Assembly: GCF_006345805.1 (NCBI RefSeq)
Contig: NC_043007.1
Span: 70,494,001 to 70,558,000, forward strand
Direction of reading: 5' to 3'
DNA length: 64,000 nucleotides
DNA from: Octopus sinensis
Taxonomy: Eukaryota
Below the pieces are notes generated by a model that saw only the letters and a program-made list of their open reading frames with translations, was not told the origin of the DNA and made no database searches. The first letter of the stretch is position 1. Every line of letters begins with the position of its first letter. Made by a program: the position numbers and the translations under genes. Positions 62,246 to 64,000 of this stretch are shown here, one piece after another.

Positions 62246-63023
62246 ACATAAGCAAGTTTTTCACCAGGAGAAGCACTGCCCTGTATTCTTCTAATCATGA
62301 TAATGATCTTTGCCGTTAGTAAGAAATAATCGATCTTTGTTTCAGCTCTCCTACGATTATGGTTGCTTTGAATTATGCGTAATTTCTTACTTAAGTATCG
62401 ATTCCAATATTTGATTCGTATTTTGTTCCATCGATCTCGAAGAGACGAAATGCAAATGTAATCCGGGAGCATTGATGATAATGGGAGGGAGAAGAGGGAG
62501 ATATTCTTTCCCCGCTCACGGGTGGTTGTTTATTTCATTAAATCCACCCCTTCCCCTTTCATTCTCTACCTCTACTCCAGATTTTAGTATACCCCTAATT
62601 CCTAAAACCATCCCTCTATCGCTGCCTCGGAGGGATTCCAACTGATAATTTAAAACACTGGAATTCAATACCCTGAAACCCTAACAATTCTAATTCGGTT
62701 TGATGAGGCTAAAATAACTTAAATATTTCTTTAAACGTGATGCTTGGTGTCTGTAAACTCGTTCATTTACTTGTACTACCGCTTCACAAATAAAAATAAA
62801 AATATAGAAAGAAGTCAAGGTAAGAAGGCAAGGAATAGAAAGATAGAGTGTAAAAGATATTGTTTATTTCATCCCAAAACTAAGAATGACGTCAGGGTAA
62901 GAAGTTATGTTAGAGTATGGCTTTAGGTAGAAAATATTGCGGAAATAGAAAAGAGAAGATGGTAAACTCGGCAATTAAAGAAGGTGAGGTTAAGATCTTT
63001 GAGATGTGTGTATGTGGTGGGGT

Positions 63024-63055
<32 letters not shown>

Positions 63056-63629
63056 TGGTGGTGGGGAGGAGAAATTTATCAAGTGAAAATTATATTAAAT
63101 AGTTTCTAAAAATTCTGTCTTTAAAACTTAGAAGTAGAAAAGCGGACGATTTATTGGGACTCACATAGCATTGAGTGGGATGTTGGGAGGGCAGGCAGGA
63201 GAATTAGACATGACTGAAACATGCAAAGAGGAGCGGCTGAAATATGGAGAGCCGGGGAAGTGAGTGGGTGGATAGGCGAGCAGGAAAAGAGAAGAGAAAT
63301 ACATGGAGAAAGTAAAAAAAATGGAAATGGTCGTTGGACGATATGTGGATTATATAAATAAACGTAAATGTGTCGAAGAGTGACGTTTGCGGGTGTGTGA
63401 AGGTGGGGGTGGTGGGTGGGGTGGTGCTCAGATTTTGTCTATTATTTGCCGCTTCAATTTGGAGGCAGTGAAAGAAATAGCGATAATTAAATCTATCTAG
63501 ACCTATTTGTTCATTCAACCAGCCATTCATTCTCTTAGTTCGTCAGCTTTCGCTTCTATTCATACATATACACACACGCCAACACATATACATTGTATGT
63601 ATGTATTATATGTATATAACGTACATGGA

Positions 63630-63635
<6 letters not shown>

Positions 63636-63726
<91 letters not shown>
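63636..63726. repeat. Pure (CA)n microsatellite
   Basis: Uninterrupted ac repeats over ~90 bp. Confidence 0.95.
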
Positions 63727-63728
<2 letters not shown>

Positions 63729-63737
63729 CAAACACAC

Positions 63738-63900
63738 AGAGTGGTGCCTTTCGAGTTTGATTCGTTCCGTGACGGAGCTCGTAACGCAAATTAATTGCGT
63801 GTCAAATCAATTTTCCCCGGTTAAATGAATTGAAATGCCATTAATTCGTTCCGGGACCCTAAAAAAACACTGCGATTTATTTTGTTACATGTTTTTAAAT
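63738..63900 (+). mobile_element. Tigger/pogo-like element left end
   Basis: cagagtggtgcctttcgagtttgattcgttccgtgacggagctcgtaac...attaattcgttcc resembles Tigger-type subterminal repeats. Confidence 0.5.
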
Positions 63901-64000
63901 CAGAAAAAATGTACTTATAAATAAGGAATAGTTATTTCTTTATTGCTCACAGTGGGCTAAACATAGAGGGGACAAAACAAGGACAGACAAAGGAAATTAA

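Overview
AT-rich, intron-like or intergenic animal DNA dominated by transposable elements and microsatellites. The SINE, Helitron and LINE families resemble what I recall from octopus (cephalopod) genomes; this is an inference, not a database result. No complete host gene is recognisable, only a few orphan candidate exons (7.2, 41.3 and 54.3 kb). The largest structure is a ~10 kb decayed CACTA/EnSpm-type DNA transposon (11.4-21.7 kb) with a transposase pseudogene and a second, intron-containing accessory gene. The window also holds remnants of RTE, CR1, R4/Dong-like and Tx1-like LINEs, a Ty3/Gypsy integrase, a hAT (Charlie/Buster) transposase, three Tc1/mariner derivatives, non-autonomous Helitrons, MITEs with 8-bp TSDs and many tRNA-derived SINEs. 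The most unusual signals are perfect fold-back duplications anchored on (TA)n tracts, two-fold symmetric Helitron/Helentron-like termini, an RTE whose endonuclease start is fused in frame to mid-RT, and a 300-bp direct repeat bracketing the hAT element. Coordinates were counted by eye; boundaries of decayed elements are approximate.
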